The notes under the pieces were generated by a model. The model did no database searches. It was not told where the DNA came from and saw only the letters and a program-made list of their open reading frames with translations. The position numbers were made by a program, and so were the translations under genes. Positions 1 to 8,970 of a stretch of DNA of 64,000 bases are shown piece by piece (position 1 is the first letter of the stretch; each line of letters begins with the position of its first letter). Source of the stretch: a virus (taxonomy: Duplodnaviria; Caudoviricetes); the IMG/VR virus record IMGVR_UViG_3300037067_001795, positions 1-64,000 of that record; one strand, given 5' to 3'.

Positions 1-1
1 C

Positions 2-574
2 ATGCAACGTGCCCTGACTGTCCATCTTCCCACGGCACAACACTTCCCAGAGGGCCATGGCATCCCAGGGGCCTTCACACAGGAACACCTCGTCCTTCTG
101 CTTGGAGTACAGGTTGACCCCGTGCAAGTGGTGACCCATTGTAGGCGTCGGTAGCAGCTTGTGTTTACCCTGGATGGTCACCCACCGATACAACTGACGC
201 AACGTACCGTCAGCAGCGTATCCAGGCACCATCCACACACCATCTACGGCAGACTTGCACACGCCCCACGCCATCAACGTATCCGGATAGAGCAACCGAC
301 GCTCCTTAGTCAGATCCGTGTAAGTCGCAGTCATCTCATCACTACGTGTCCACAGTTGCTGCAAGAACGTTAGTGGATTACCTCCACCCTTCTCAGCACC
401 ACCGTCGCAAGCCCAGCACTTCCACTTACCTGTGGCCACGTTCACGCTGAACTTACCTTCCCTACCACAGAACGGACACGTGCCGACAGACTCCTTCTCG
501 CCGGCACGGTACTGCACCTCCACTCCATGAAACAAGTACGGCTTGATCGTATCCGGTATCTCGTCCTTCTTCAT
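2..574 (-). CDS. DNA primase (Zn finger + TOPRIM), 3' part outside window
   Basis: Translated by hand; not in the ORF track because it runs off the left edge. ATG at 574: MKKDEIPDTIKPYLFHGVEV...TCPFCGREGKFSVNVATGKWKCWACDGG (CxxC...CxxC) and later EVFLCEGPWDAMALW (TOPRIM EG..D motif). Confidence 0.85.
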   Translation of the reverse strand, partial: MKKDEIPDTIKPYLFHGVEVQYRAGEKESVGTCPFCGREGKFSVNVATGKWKCWACDGGAEKGGGNPLTFLQQLWTRSDEMTATYTDLTKERRLLYPDTLMAWGVCKSAVDGVWMVPGYAADGTLRQLYRWVTIQGKHKLLPTPTMGHHLHGVNLYSKQKDEVFLCEGPWDAMALWEVLCRGKMDSQGTLH

Positions 575-577
575 AGA

Positions 578-973
578 TCACTTACATCTCCGCTTGAACT
601 CCTGACCAGTAAGACCACGACCTGGATAGAAGACTGCAAAGCGATGACCGTCATCGCCAGATCTAAAGCTATCCAACTTAGACTGGATACCCATTTTAGA
701 CTTAGTATCTTTCCAATGATGGTAGCCGTGGTATTTCGTATCAATCCATACGGCTCCAAATTTTCTCAGTAGATCTAGGAGTTGGGCATGCTCCTCCCAG
801 ATAGAGTAAGACTCTCCACCATCATTGTGATCATCTTGGGTCACTTTCTTAACAAAGACTATTTGCCCAGATGGTGTTCTTAGGGCCCTGACATAGACTC
901 CTTCCAGATCAGGACATTCTTCAGCGGTCGTCTTTAGACCATCTTGCCAAGATTCAACGCCTGATTTAGTCAT
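578..973 (-). CDS. hypothetical protein
   Basis: ORF 578..1048; start moved to MTKSGVESW at 973, which overlaps the MazG stop (ATGACTAA). Confidence 0.6.
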   Translation of the reverse strand: MTKSGVESWQDGLKTTAEECPDLEGVYVRALRTPSGQIVFVKKVTQDDHNDGGESYSIWEEHAQLLDLLRKFGAVWIDTKYHGYHHWKDTKSKMGIQSKLDSFRSGDDGHRFAVFYPGRGLTGQEFKRRCK

Positions 974-1454
974 TTCGGCTTGCCTGTTCGTCAACGTAGG
1001 TTGGATCAACAACAGCCTCAAGCACCTCACGCTCGGCTGCACGGTCACGGTTCTCTTCGGCTGCTAGCTCGTCCGTGTACTTCTCGGGGTATCGCTTGCG
1101 CAGCTTGGCGATGTTGGCTGCCATGATGTCGCCCATATCCAACTGAAGAGCGTTGCACATCTCAGCCATGTACCAGAACAGGTCGCCCAGCTCCTCCTTG
1201 ACGTTGATCACATCAAGCGGCTTGCCGTAGTAGATCCATCGCTCAATCGCTGCTGCCAACTCACCTGCCTCGCCTGCGATACCAATCGCAGCATGATTGG
1301 CTCGCACTGGAATGAGTTTGCTTTCCAGTTGCCGTGGATGCACATCCTCATAGGGCCTGTACGTAGCCATACGATCCAGGGCCATCCACTGATCACATTC
1401 TGTACGTGCCGCCAGTTTCTGATACTCTTCTGGGTTCATTTCAAAATACTCCAT
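966..1454 (-). CDS. MazG-like dNTP pyrophosphohydrolase
   Basis: HAAIGIAGEAGEL...KEELGDLFWYMAEMCNAL...NIAKLRKRYP, the all-alpha NTP-PPase acidic motifs. Confidence 0.9.
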   Translation of the reverse strand: MEYFEMNPEEYQKLAARTECDQWMALDRMATYRPYEDVHPRQLESKLIPVRANHAAIGIAGEAGELAAAIERWIYYGKPLDVINVKEELGDLFWYMAEMCNALQLDMGDIMAANIAKLRKRYPEKYTDELAAEENRDRAAEREVLEAVVDPTYVDEQASRND

Positions 1455-1717
1455 GTGATTGGCAATCTATCGTCAGACTCCCACGGATCAACTTCTATAA
1501 AGCCTAGCCTATACAGTCTCTCCAATGCTCCTTGTACTCTTCCAATACCTGTAGACACACCATGTCGCAGTAATACATCTCTGATACGTCTTGTACTTGC
1601 ACTTCCCAACAGCAGAGCCCTATAGACTTGGATGTCTAGGGGTCTAACCACACCCTGAAACTCTGTGAACATTTCCAAGTCTACTGGGGGCAGCATCAGT
1701 ATTTTCGCACCTCCCAT
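1436..1717 (-). CDS. small winged-helix-like protein
   Basis: DIQVYRALL...STRRIRDVL...RVQGALERLYRLGFIEV pattern; start uncertain. Confidence 0.45.
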   Translation of the reverse strand: MGGAKILMLPPVDLEMFTEFQGVVRPLDIQVYRALLLGSASTRRIRDVLLRHGVSTGIGRVQGALERLYRLGFIEVDPWESDDRLPITWSILK

Positions 1718-2262
1718 ACCACACTGTTATGACCGGGGACGGTTCCCCAACAAGTCGAGAACGCTGAGAACTCAACGACATGGCCTGGATAGGCCTCCAA
1801 TAGATACTCTAGCCACTGATAGCTCAGGTCGTTCATAGACCATTGGATCAGTAGCTTGGCCTCCAGCCCCCGCCTCGACATAGGTCTCATCCGTAATGCT
1901 TCACGCATCGGCCTACCTAGGCAGCCACGAGCTCCGTAGAACTCCCAGCCCCAAACACCCTCCATCACCTCGCCTTGAAGTACGTTGAGATAGTGGGGAG
2001 CCATGGCACTGATATAGACCTTCTCGCCACTATTGATAGCCAGCGACCACTTGAACGGCACTTTCTTGAAGCAAACATCGTACCACGTAGGCCCCCCAGC
2101 CCGACGGTTGCGAATGTGGTAACGTTGTTCGGTACCTAGGTAGAGCCATGGCCTATTCTCAATAAACTCCTCTAGGGTGTTCCAGGTAGGTGCCCTATTC
2201 CCAAACTCGGAGGCACGGTACCGAAGCACAAAGTCTTTCTTACTCAGTACCGGCTCCATCAC
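1696..2262 (-). CDS. hypothetical protein in the DNA-modification cluster
   Basis: 188-aa ORF coupled to the TS homolog (ATGA overlap); ends HVVEFS...VVWEVRKY; no family recognised with confidence. Confidence 0.7.
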   Translation of the reverse strand: MMEPVLSKKDFVLRYRASEFGNRAPTWNTLEEFIENRPWLYLGTEQRYHIRNRRAGGPTWYDVCFKKVPFKWSLAINSGEKVYISAMAPHYLNVLQGEVMEGVWGWEFYGARGCLGRPMREALRMRPMSRRGLEAKLLIQWSMNDLSYQWLEYLLEAYPGHVVEFSAFSTCWGTVPGHNSVVWEVRKY

Positions 2263-3341
2263 TTGCTCCCTTTGGCTGGCCAGTTGGCCTCACGCCGCTT
2301 GATCCAGTCCAAGCCAGCGATACGCCAATCGTCGGCTAGAACGGCAGTCAAGTACTCTTCGGCCACTCCGTACTCTCGCTGCTTGTGGGCTGCAAACGCC
2401 TTAGCCATCGGGATGGCCACACTAGGAAAGAACTTATTGGTCCACAGGTGTGTTTTCATGGATAGCTTATCCAGCTCGTCACCGTAACCGTGGTTCACGA
2501 ACGTGGTGCACTCGGTGTCGAACCGGTCTGGATTGGTTACCAGCGGAACCAAGACGAAGTTAGGCTGATCATACGGATCATCGTACACGTCAGCCAGCCA
2601 CTTCTCCGGGGTCCACCGTTCCGTATATACGTGGAGGTTATTGGTGAACTGATAGTAGTTTCCCACCCCCACACCGATGCGAGCCGCAAGGTACTCCTGG
2701 AGCATGGAGAAGTGAACCACGTTGGCCCCGAGCATCCCCCAGATCAGATCATTGGAGCGGTTACAGACTGTCATGTCTAGAAACTTGGTGTAGACGGCCG
2801 TGCCTTGGTCTGAGAATCCGTCGGGCTCTATTGAGGTGATAGCCTCTCGAATAGCGAAGTAGGCTTGAGAATTGCATGGCTTGTCGAGGGTTTTGACATC
2901 AATCCCTAGGTCAGCCTCAGCCGACCACATCTGCAAGACCACCCGCCGACTATGTGGATCAGCCTTCAGCTCTCGTACCACCTCATCCAACTGGTCTATG
3001 CAGAAGTAGCGTCGCCAGCGGTGACCGTACGCCCCATGGTACGTGATGCCGTTGTCGCTGAACTCCGCCATCTTGCTGTTGTACCAAGCTAACGGAGCCA
3101 CATCGCGACGGCCTGCCAACATCCACAGGCTCTCGTAGAGGTGGAAGAACGGGTTGCAGTCGCGGGCAGCGTTGAACAACACACGCTCACAGGGGTGTTC
3201 ATACTGCACCGTGACAGGTCCATCAAACTGGATCACGTCGCCGTACCGGCTGGCCGACCGCCTTGTCGGTGCCTCACCCTCATGCACGGCACGCACCAGC
3301 CCAGAAAATGCGTCGTTGACGTTGCGGAAAGCGAATTCCAT
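2259..3341 (-). CDS. thymidylate synthase homolog, dUMP hydroxymethylase type
   Basis: NPFFHLYESLWMLAG, GAYGHRW, SRRVVLQMW, DKPCN (catalytic Cys) and RSNDLIWGMLGANVVHFS; Asn at the dUMP/dCMP specificity position. Start MEFAFRN at 3341 with AGGAG upstream. Confidence 0.85.
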   Translation of the reverse strand: MEFAFRNVNDAFSGLVRAVHEGEAPTRRSASRYGDVIQFDGPVTVQYEHPCERVLFNAARDCNPFFHLYESLWMLAGRRDVAPLAWYNSKMAEFSDNGITYHGAYGHRWRRYFCIDQLDEVVRELKADPHSRRVVLQMWSAEADLGIDVKTLDKPCNSQAYFAIREAITSIEPDGFSDQGTAVYTKFLDMTVCNRSNDLIWGMLGANVVHFSMLQEYLAARIGVGVGNYYQFTNNLHVYTERWTPEKWLADVYDDPYDQPNFVLVPLVTNPDRFDTECTTFVNHGYGDELDKLSMKTHLWTNKFFPSVAIPMAKAFAAHKQREYGVAEEYLTAVLADDWRIAGLDWIKRREANWPAKGSK

Positions 3342-3382
3342 TGTGTTGCTCCTGATTTCGTTGTGATCGTAAGTCCTTACGC

Positions 3383-3454
3383 TGCAACCTATTATAAACG
3401 GTTGCAAAAATCTTTGCCGGGTGGGCTTTACTTTTCCCAGCCGGGAGCTATACT
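3383..3454. promoter_or_regulatory. divergent promoter region with an inverted-repeat operator candidate
   Basis: TGCAACC-TATTATAAAC-GGTTGCA (3383-3406) contains a minus-strand TATAAT pointing at the TS gene; plus-strand TTTACT(3427)-N16-TATACT(3449) points at the 3513 gene. Confidence 0.6.
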
Positions 3455-3512
3455 TCACTCAGTGGTGGGAGTTGGTCCTGCCAAGCCTGTAACGCCGTTT
3501 AGGAGCAAAGTC

Positions 3513-3950
3513 ATGTCGAACGAAACCGAAACCGTCGCCACCGAAACCGCCCCCAGGACCCGCAAGCCACTGAAGAAGGTTGCCAAGGCTGTGGCCAAGT
3601 CCGCTGCCGTCAAGGAGACCGCCAAGGTCGCCACCAAGAAGGCCCCTGTCAAGAAGGCTGCGGCTGCCAAGGCTGCCCCCGCCGAGACCGTGCCCTCTGG
3701 CCTGACCAAGCGGCAGCACAAGGTCCTGACCGCCCTCGCCAGCGGCAAGGAGCTCAGCCGCAACGAGCTGGCTGACGCTACTGGCATGAACAAGGGCTGG
3801 AGCAAGCTGCTCGGTGCCTCCACGCACGAAGAGGCAGGAGATGGCAGCCTGGAGGGCCTCGGCTACATCAAGTCCGCCCGCTACGAGGGCAGCCGCTCGG
3901 TCGTGTATGCCATCACGGCTGCCGGCAAGAAGGCTCTGGCTGCCAAGTAG
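3513..3950 (+). CDS. histone-H1-like Lys/Ala-rich tail + winged-helix DNA-binding protein
   Basis: AGGAG at 3501, ATG at 3513; KKVAKAVAKSAAVKETAKVATKKAPVKKAAAAK, then LTKRQHKVLTALASGKELSRNELADATG...YAITAAGKKAL. Confidence 0.8.
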   Translation: MSNETETVATETAPRTRKPLKKVAKAVAKSAAVKETAKVATKKAPVKKAAAAKAAPAETVPSGLTKRQHKVLTALASGKELSRNELADATGMNKGWSKLLGASTHEEAGDGSLEGLGYIKSARYEGSRSVVYAITAAGKKALAAK

Positions 3951-3975
3951 CCCACCAGTCCGTTTCGTTACAAGT

Positions 3976-4002
3976 AGCCCTGCCACGTTGGCAGGGCTTT
4001 TT
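3976..4002 (+). terminator. intrinsic terminator
   Basis: AGCCCTGCC-ACGTT-GGCAGGGCT followed by TTTT. Confidence 0.75.
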
Positions 4003-4017
4003 CGTTGGTACAGGCCA

Positions 4018-4848
4018 CTATTGCCCACGGCTACCACCAGGACGCACGGGTGGGCTCGCTGGGGGACTTGCTGGGCATGCTAGGGCCTTGCCCAGAGCCA
4101 CGGCTGGCAACCGCACGGACGCCCTTCCTGGAGAAATGGTAGACCACATCAGCGGCTTGCTGAACACCCAACACGGGGCAAGAATAAAGTGCCAGGGTCT
4201 GTGACCGTGGTGGCTGATGTACTCCAGGTCCCGCCACCACTTGGGAATCAGGCCATCAGCACGGTCGCTACGGCTGCCCGGCGACTTCTTGTAGAACTCC
4301 ACGCTCCGGGTGTGGTTCTTAGGCTCCACGAAGTTCTCGTGGTGGAACACCTCATCACCTACCAGCGGTCGCTTCGGTGTGTACAGGTCGCCCCTTGGAT
4401 TAAGACAGGCTTGCTTGACCTTGTAGACGGACGGGTAGCTCGTTCGCACGCAGCCGGACAGCGTGTAGTTGCTGGGAAATGCGTGGGCGACCCTGCCGAC
4501 CATCAGCAGGCAGTTGTCAGAGCAATCCCGGGGTCCCAGGCTGGCCAGCCACGTACCGGGCCACTGCCGACTCGTGGTGCGCAGGTGCTGCTTGCAGGTC
4601 GAGTACGTCAGCAATCCACCCTCCCAGTTCGGGCTACTTCTGGTCTGCTTGAGCAGACCATCCTCATAGAAGATCTGGTGGCTCGTGTACAGATAAGCCT
4701 CTCCGCGATCCTTGCTCAGAGCCGACAGCAATCCATCAGGATCGTTCAGCGTCACACCATGACTGTTCTCCTTGCCCTCGGCCATCCACCGGAACTGCTG
4801 GTATCCGTTCGGCAACTCTAGACTACGACTGATCAATGGCGAGGGCAT
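4018..4848 (-). CDS. Nmad2-like nucleotide-modification-associated protein
   Basis: SSPNWEGGLLTYSTCKQHLR matches the Nmad2 apNp..g..TlatCKp.iR pattern; sits between the kinase and TS. Confidence 0.7.
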   Translation of the reverse strand: MPSPLISRSLELPNGYQQFRWMAEGKENSHGVTLNDPDGLLSALSKDRGEAYLYTSHQIFYEDGLLKQTRSSPNWEGGLLTYSTCKQHLRTTSRQWPGTWLASLGPRDCSDNCLLMVGRVAHAFPSNYTLSGCVRTSYPSVYKVKQACLNPRGDLYTPKRPLVGDEVFHHENFVEPKNHTRSVEFYKKSPGSRSDRADGLIPKWWRDLEYISHHGHRPWHFILAPCWVFSKPLMWSTISPGRASVRLPAVALGKALACPASPPASPPVRPGGSRGQ

Positions 4849-5399
4849 AGGATTGCTCCGAGTATGGTAGGCATAGGAACACGGTAGTCCAACACGGTCA
4901 CGTCACGACCAGACTCTCGCATGGCAGACTGCACACGCCTCCATACGCTGGCATGGTCCTTGATGATATTCTTGGGGTCAAGCGGCTTGGTGTTACCACT
5001 ACGGTCCCGTCTGCTCTGCACCCGATCAATACACACCTTCAGCGGCGTGTTCAGGAAGAAGAATCGGTAGCGGTGACCACCGCCTTCCAGGTCCATAGCG
5101 AGCTGATCATACCGCCGAAACGTGTGAGACACCAGGATACCCTCCAGTACCACAAACTTGTAGGACTCACAGAAGAGCCTGACCCGTCGCACCACTTCGT
5201 CCGCTGAACCAACTTGGTCACAGCCGCCACAAGCGGTCGTATACTTGCCAACTACAGCCACATCCACCTTCTGTAGATGATAGCCGATCAGCTTGCCCTC
5301 CTCTATGATTTCAGCGTGATCGTACTTGCCCAGCAGGGTGTGGACTATCCAGCTCTTGCCGCTACCGTGTGTCCCACGGATGTCTAACACTGTCGCCAT
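4833..5399 (-). CDS. P-loop nucleotide/DNA-base kinase of DNA-modification clusters
   Basis: IRGTHGSGKS Walker A, GKY...CGGCD, VVLEG, LNTPLKVCIDRVQSRR. Confidence 0.8.
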   Translation of the reverse strand: MATVLDIRGTHGSGKSWIVHTLLGKYDHAEIIEEGKLIGYHLQKVDVAVVGKYTTACGGCDQVGSADEVVRRVRLFCESYKFVVLEGILVSHTFRRYDQLAMDLEGGGHRYRFFFLNTPLKVCIDRVQSRRDRSGNTKPLDPKNIIKDHASVWRRVQSAMRESGRDVTVLDYRVPMPTILGAILCPRH

Positions 5400-5401
5400 G
5401 A

Positions 5402-6226
5402 TTATACCCCGTTGTACTTCCTCTTCGGTCTGCCTTCGCCGTGTAGTGTACGCTCAAACTTGTCAAATTCACAGAGGCAGTTCTGGTAGTCAATTGCCTC
5501 CAACCGATCCACGATGCCACGGCGCAGGCACGTACGGCACAGGCTGATCACGTCGGTCAGCACACTACCAAACTCGCTGTCCTTGATGGTGCGACCGAGT
5601 AGCCTGTTTGCACCCCTACGTGATCCAGGCCCTATAGGTGCCCATTTTAGCCGGTCACGCCAGCTACCTTGACCACCACAGGCCCACCGTAGGTCAGCCA
5701 CAATCTGCCCCGCCATGAACGTACCAACACCCTTGGAGCTGGTCAGCACCTTGCACGCCTCCTGCATACTGCTGGTCGGCACAGACAGGGTACGCAACGG
5801 CTTGATGTGGCTGTCTATGACAATGTCCACCTTGTCGCCTGACACTCCGTTGGTGCTCACAATGTAGGCTGCATTGAACACCTTGGTCTGCTTGTGCAGT
5901 ACGTCCTTGACACGCGTGGGATCCCAGAAGTAGGGGAACCCAATCGCTTCCAATGAGCTGGGCAAGTTTATGAACCGACCCAGAGCACAAGCTAGTACGA
6001 TGTTGTGGTGATCGTAGTTTGGCTTGTACCAGTTGTCCAGCAACCAACGGCTCACCGTGTCATCCATGCGCCGTACGTTGCAGAACCGATACTGCTGGAG
6101 TATCTCGTCGTCAGTCCAGGGCTTCGGCTTGCCCTTCTCCTTGCGTAGGCGTATGGTCTCTCGCTCCTCAATCCAGTACAGGAACCGTTCCTGCGGCGTC
6201 AGTTTGCGTACCTCTGCGATCTTCAC
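5402..6226 (-). CDS. aGPT-Pplase1 / 5-hmdU DNA kinase helical-domain protein
   Basis: KPWTDDEILQQYRFCNVRRMDD, GVGTFMAGQIVADL, PIGPGSRRG, DYQNCLCEFDKF. Confidence 0.85.
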   Translation of the reverse strand: MKIAEVRKLTPQERFLYWIEERETIRLRKEKGKPKPWTDDEILQQYRFCNVRRMDDTVSRWLLDNWYKPNYDHHNIVLACALGRFINLPSSLEAIGFPYFWDPTRVKDVLHKQTKVFNAAYIVSTNGVSGDKVDIVIDSHIKPLRTLSVPTSSMQEACKVLTSSKGVGTFMAGQIVADLRWACGGQGSWRDRLKWAPIGPGSRRGANRLLGRTIKDSEFGSVLTDVISLCRTCLRRGIVDRLEAIDYQNCLCEFDKFERTLHGEGRPKRKYNGV

Positions 6227-8235
6227 GACCCAGTGCTCCAGGTGGTAGAGTGCTTAGTACAGGATACAGGGGTAGGCACACCTAGATCGTCGCCGCCCTG
6301 TGCCATCAGTTTCATACACTGCTCGATGATGGGTTTGTTGGTTGCCTCGTCGTCGGGAAAGTCAAACACCTGCTCGTCGTGGATCTGCATGACAATATGG
6401 TAGTCATCGCCCACATCCTGTAGATAGTTATGGCAGCGGATCATTCCCTTCATCATCCACCAGCAAGCCGTTCCTGATACGTGATAGTTCAACGGTACCG
6501 TAGGCATGATGCGTCCGTAGCTAGTACGTCCACACCACAACGGATAGCCGTGATCAGGATCCACGGTCTTGTCAGGCATGGTTTCCACATAACCATACTT
6601 CTCAGCGTAGGCAATCTGCTGTGCATTCAGTTTCTTGATACGGTTGAACCGGCTCTGGATCCTAGCCTGTGCTCCAGGCACATGATAGGCACGATCCGCC
6701 GTACCGCTCTCTAGCACAGCTCCGTACTGCACAGCGAAGTCACCGTTCTTGGTCCACTGGTACCACGTGCTAGCGTAGGCCTCCTTGCTCTCCATACCAT
6801 GTTTCGCAAACAACTTGGGATGCAGCGTATCAAAGATGAGCATGTGATAACTGCCGTAGTAAGGCGGATCGTTAGGATGCTCAAACAGGTACACCATCTC
6901 TGGCTCGTTGGCCTCGTAAGCTGGGAACCGCAGCTCTAGGTTCTTTGCATCACAGGAGTACCACACCCTACCCGGCGCAGGCCCAAAGCAGTACCGAAGA
7001 TTGAAGCCCTCCTTCTTGCTGATATTCTGCTCGTTCGGGTTCTGTGACGACCACCGCAGCGTGTCAGTGCCCGTGGGATTCAGTGACGGATGCAGTCTGT
7101 ACCACACCCTATCACGGTGCTCCGTGTGTACCCAGAACTTCTTGTAGCTCTCCAGGTACCCATAAGCCGTGTCACGCTTGCGCTTGCCCATCAGTGCCGT
7201 CACGAACATCAGCGGCTTGCTGTTGCGTGGCAACGTGACTGAGTACTGCTCCAATACGGTCTTGTCCAGCGACGGTACCCCAGTCTTCTTGCTCTTCTTG
7301 AGTGGGGGTAGATGCATCCCCTCCTCGCTGAACACAAACTCCGTGAGCGACTTGTTGTTGCCGCTCTTAGGCAGCGTCAACTCGTAGCCGTATCGCTTGG
7401 CTATGTTGAGGCACGTACGATGAGCGTCTTGACTGGCCTCGGCATACTCCGTACGTTTCTCCTCCAACCGTCCAGCGTGTAGCGTCACGCCGTAGTTTTC
7501 TATAGCGGCTACCACGGGCAGCACCTTGAGCCGTTCCTCGTAGATCCGCCAGAGGTGCTTTTGCTTCAGGATCTGCTGTTGCCGCTTGAACAGCGGTAGC
7601 GTCACGCTCGCGTCGCTGTCACCGTACTCACTCAGCACGGTCTCCCAGGTCTCGTCGCCACCACCCTCCTCGTGCACCAGTCGCGGCATCCAGCAGTCGT
7701 ACTTCCACACGGTACTCTTCGCACTAGGCATCTCAGGCAAGCCTTCCTTGGCCTGTCGCCAGTCTGGCCTGTTAGTTCGTGCCCAGCTACGAGCCGCCAG
7801 CGTCACCTTCCTCAGCCTGTCCTCGTACGGCTGTACGTTAGCTTGCAAGTACACCATGGCCATCGTGGTCAGGTCATGGGGCTGATTGCTAGCCAGCAAG
7901 TGCCCTGCCAACAATGTATCGTAGATCTTAGCCCAGTCCCACCTCAGCTCCATGCTGTAGTCATTGAACAGCAGGCTCAAGGCCATGAAGTCAAACTTGG
8001 GATTCTGTAATACGATCTTATCAGCACCGTCTATCTTGCGTTGCAGGTCCTTCAGGTCGCCGCGGTCTGCCACCACCCTACGCGTCAACGGATCCACTCG
8101 CCACTCCCACGACACGTTGCACCCATCCTCGTCACAGGTGCTCACGTAGTAGGGCCTCGCTCCGTGCCGTAGATCCAGTCCCGTAGTTTCACTGTCTAGG
8201 CTGATCATGCCTCCCTGTCGTGGTCGCTTAGGCAT
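6223..8235 (-). CDS. polA: DNA polymerase family A with 3'-5' exonuclease
   Basis: ExoI DSETTG, motif A DAKNLELR, motif B KNGDFAVQYG, motif C QIHDE. Start is 8235 (TGATG coupling) or 8208. Confidence 0.92.
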   Translation of the reverse strand: MPKRPRQGGMISLDSETTGLDLRHGARPYYVSTCDEDGCNVSWEWRVDPLTRRVVADRGDLKDLQRKIDGADKIVLQNPKFDFMALSLLFNDYSMELRWDWAKIYDTLLAGHLLASNQPHDLTTMAMVYLQANVQPYEDRLRKVTLAARSWARTNRPDWRQAKEGLPEMPSAKSTVWKYDCWMPRLVHEEGGGDETWETVLSEYGDSDASVTLPLFKRQQQILKQKHLWRIYEERLKVLPVVAAIENYGVTLHAGRLEEKRTEYAEASQDAHRTCLNIAKRYGYELTLPKSGNNKSLTEFVFSEEGMHLPPLKKSKKTGVPSLDKTVLEQYSVTLPRNSKPLMFVTALMGKRKRDTAYGYLESYKKFWVHTEHRDRVWYRLHPSLNPTGTDTLRWSSQNPNEQNISKKEGFNLRYCFGPAPGRVWYSCDAKNLELRFPAYEANEPEMVYLFEHPNDPPYYGSYHMLIFDTLHPKLFAKHGMESKEAYASTWYQWTKNGDFAVQYGAVLESGTADRAYHVPGAQARIQSRFNRIKKLNAQQIAYAEKYGYVETMPDKTVDPDHGYPLWCGRTSYGRIMPTVPLNYHVSGTACWWMMKGMIRCHNYLQDVGDDYHIVMQIHDEQVFDFPDDEATNKPIIEQCMKLMAQGGDDLGVPTPVSCTKHSTTWSTGS

Positions 8236-8345
8236 CACTCTACTCCAGCAATACTGAAAACGCACTTCCAGAACACAGAACCAACGGCACATCCTGCAAG
8301 GAAAGAGATAGTCCATAGCAGCCACGGCACTTTTCTAATAGACAT
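8235..8345 (-). CDS. small membrane peptide
   Basis: MSIRKVPWLLWTISFLAGCAVGSVFWKCVFSIAGVE fills the gap between the HNH and polA genes with coupled ends. Confidence 0.45.
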   Translation of the reverse strand: MSIRKVPWLLWTISFLAGCAVGSVFWKCVFSIAGVE

Positions 8346-8970
8346 CGCGTTGCTCCTCCTTCTTGGTGGCTTTGACCCATGCAGCATAGGTCCTGAACTT
8401 GGGTGGATACCGACGCCCATTCAGTATAAGCCGCCACTTACCCCACGGGGCTATTAACCCCTCAGCATTGGCAGCCAGAATGAGCCTGTCACGCTCAGCG
8501 TGCGATAGCCTGAAGAGGCCAGCAGACTCTAGCACACGGTCACCGTGCTGTAAGACAGACACGTACCGTCCCTGAGTGATCTGGCCTCGCTGTAGCAGCC
8601 AGAGCAGCCGTCCATCGTGGATGTGGTTGTGGCAGTAGTGGCAGAGGGGCACGGTTTCTATGTAGGTCCACAGACCTTGTTGATAATCTGCCTTGTATAT
8701 CTCGTGCCCCTCTAGCCACTGGTGCGCCTTGGCCTGATACTTACTTACTCCGCAGGCCACGCAATGGAACGCCGTCGACTCGTAGGCAGCCTGTCGCGTA
8801 GCGTTCCACCAGCGAGAGCCCAGGATCTCTCGTGGCACTACTCCGTGCATCGGTTGAGGTGTGTTGGGACACAACAGCACCTCTGGCCTCAACGACCACT
8901 TGATCGGCTTCTTGTTCCCAACGGCTTCGCGAATCGTTTCAGCAAGCCCTTTCCGTTGCACGGCAGACAC
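8335..8970 (-). CDS. HNH-like nuclease-fold protein
   Basis: HCVACG...LEGHEIY...PLCHYCHNHIHDG; start uncertain (probably near 8900). Confidence 0.7.
   Translation of the reverse strand: MSAVQRKGLAETIREAVGNKKPIKWSLRPEVLLCPNTPQPMHGVVPREILGSRWWNATRQAAYESTAFHCVACGVSKYQAKAHQWLEGHEIYKADYQQGLWTYIETVPLCHYCHNHIHDGRLLWLLQRGQITQGRYVSVLQHGDRVLESAGLFRLSHAERDRLILAANAEGLIAPWGKWRLILNGRRYPPKFRTYAAWVKATKKEEQRDVY

Noticed and set aside
2259-3341. dCMP hydroxymethylase (T4-like hmC pathway)
   Set aside because: The specificity residue is Asn (GAN), not Asp, and the neighbours are hmdU-pathway genes.
2259-3458. ORF-track upstream starts (TS 3458, polA 8325, helicase 22125, tail protein 47547, 15710)
   Set aside because: They run through promoters or neighbouring genes; downstream starts have RBS or stop-start coupling.
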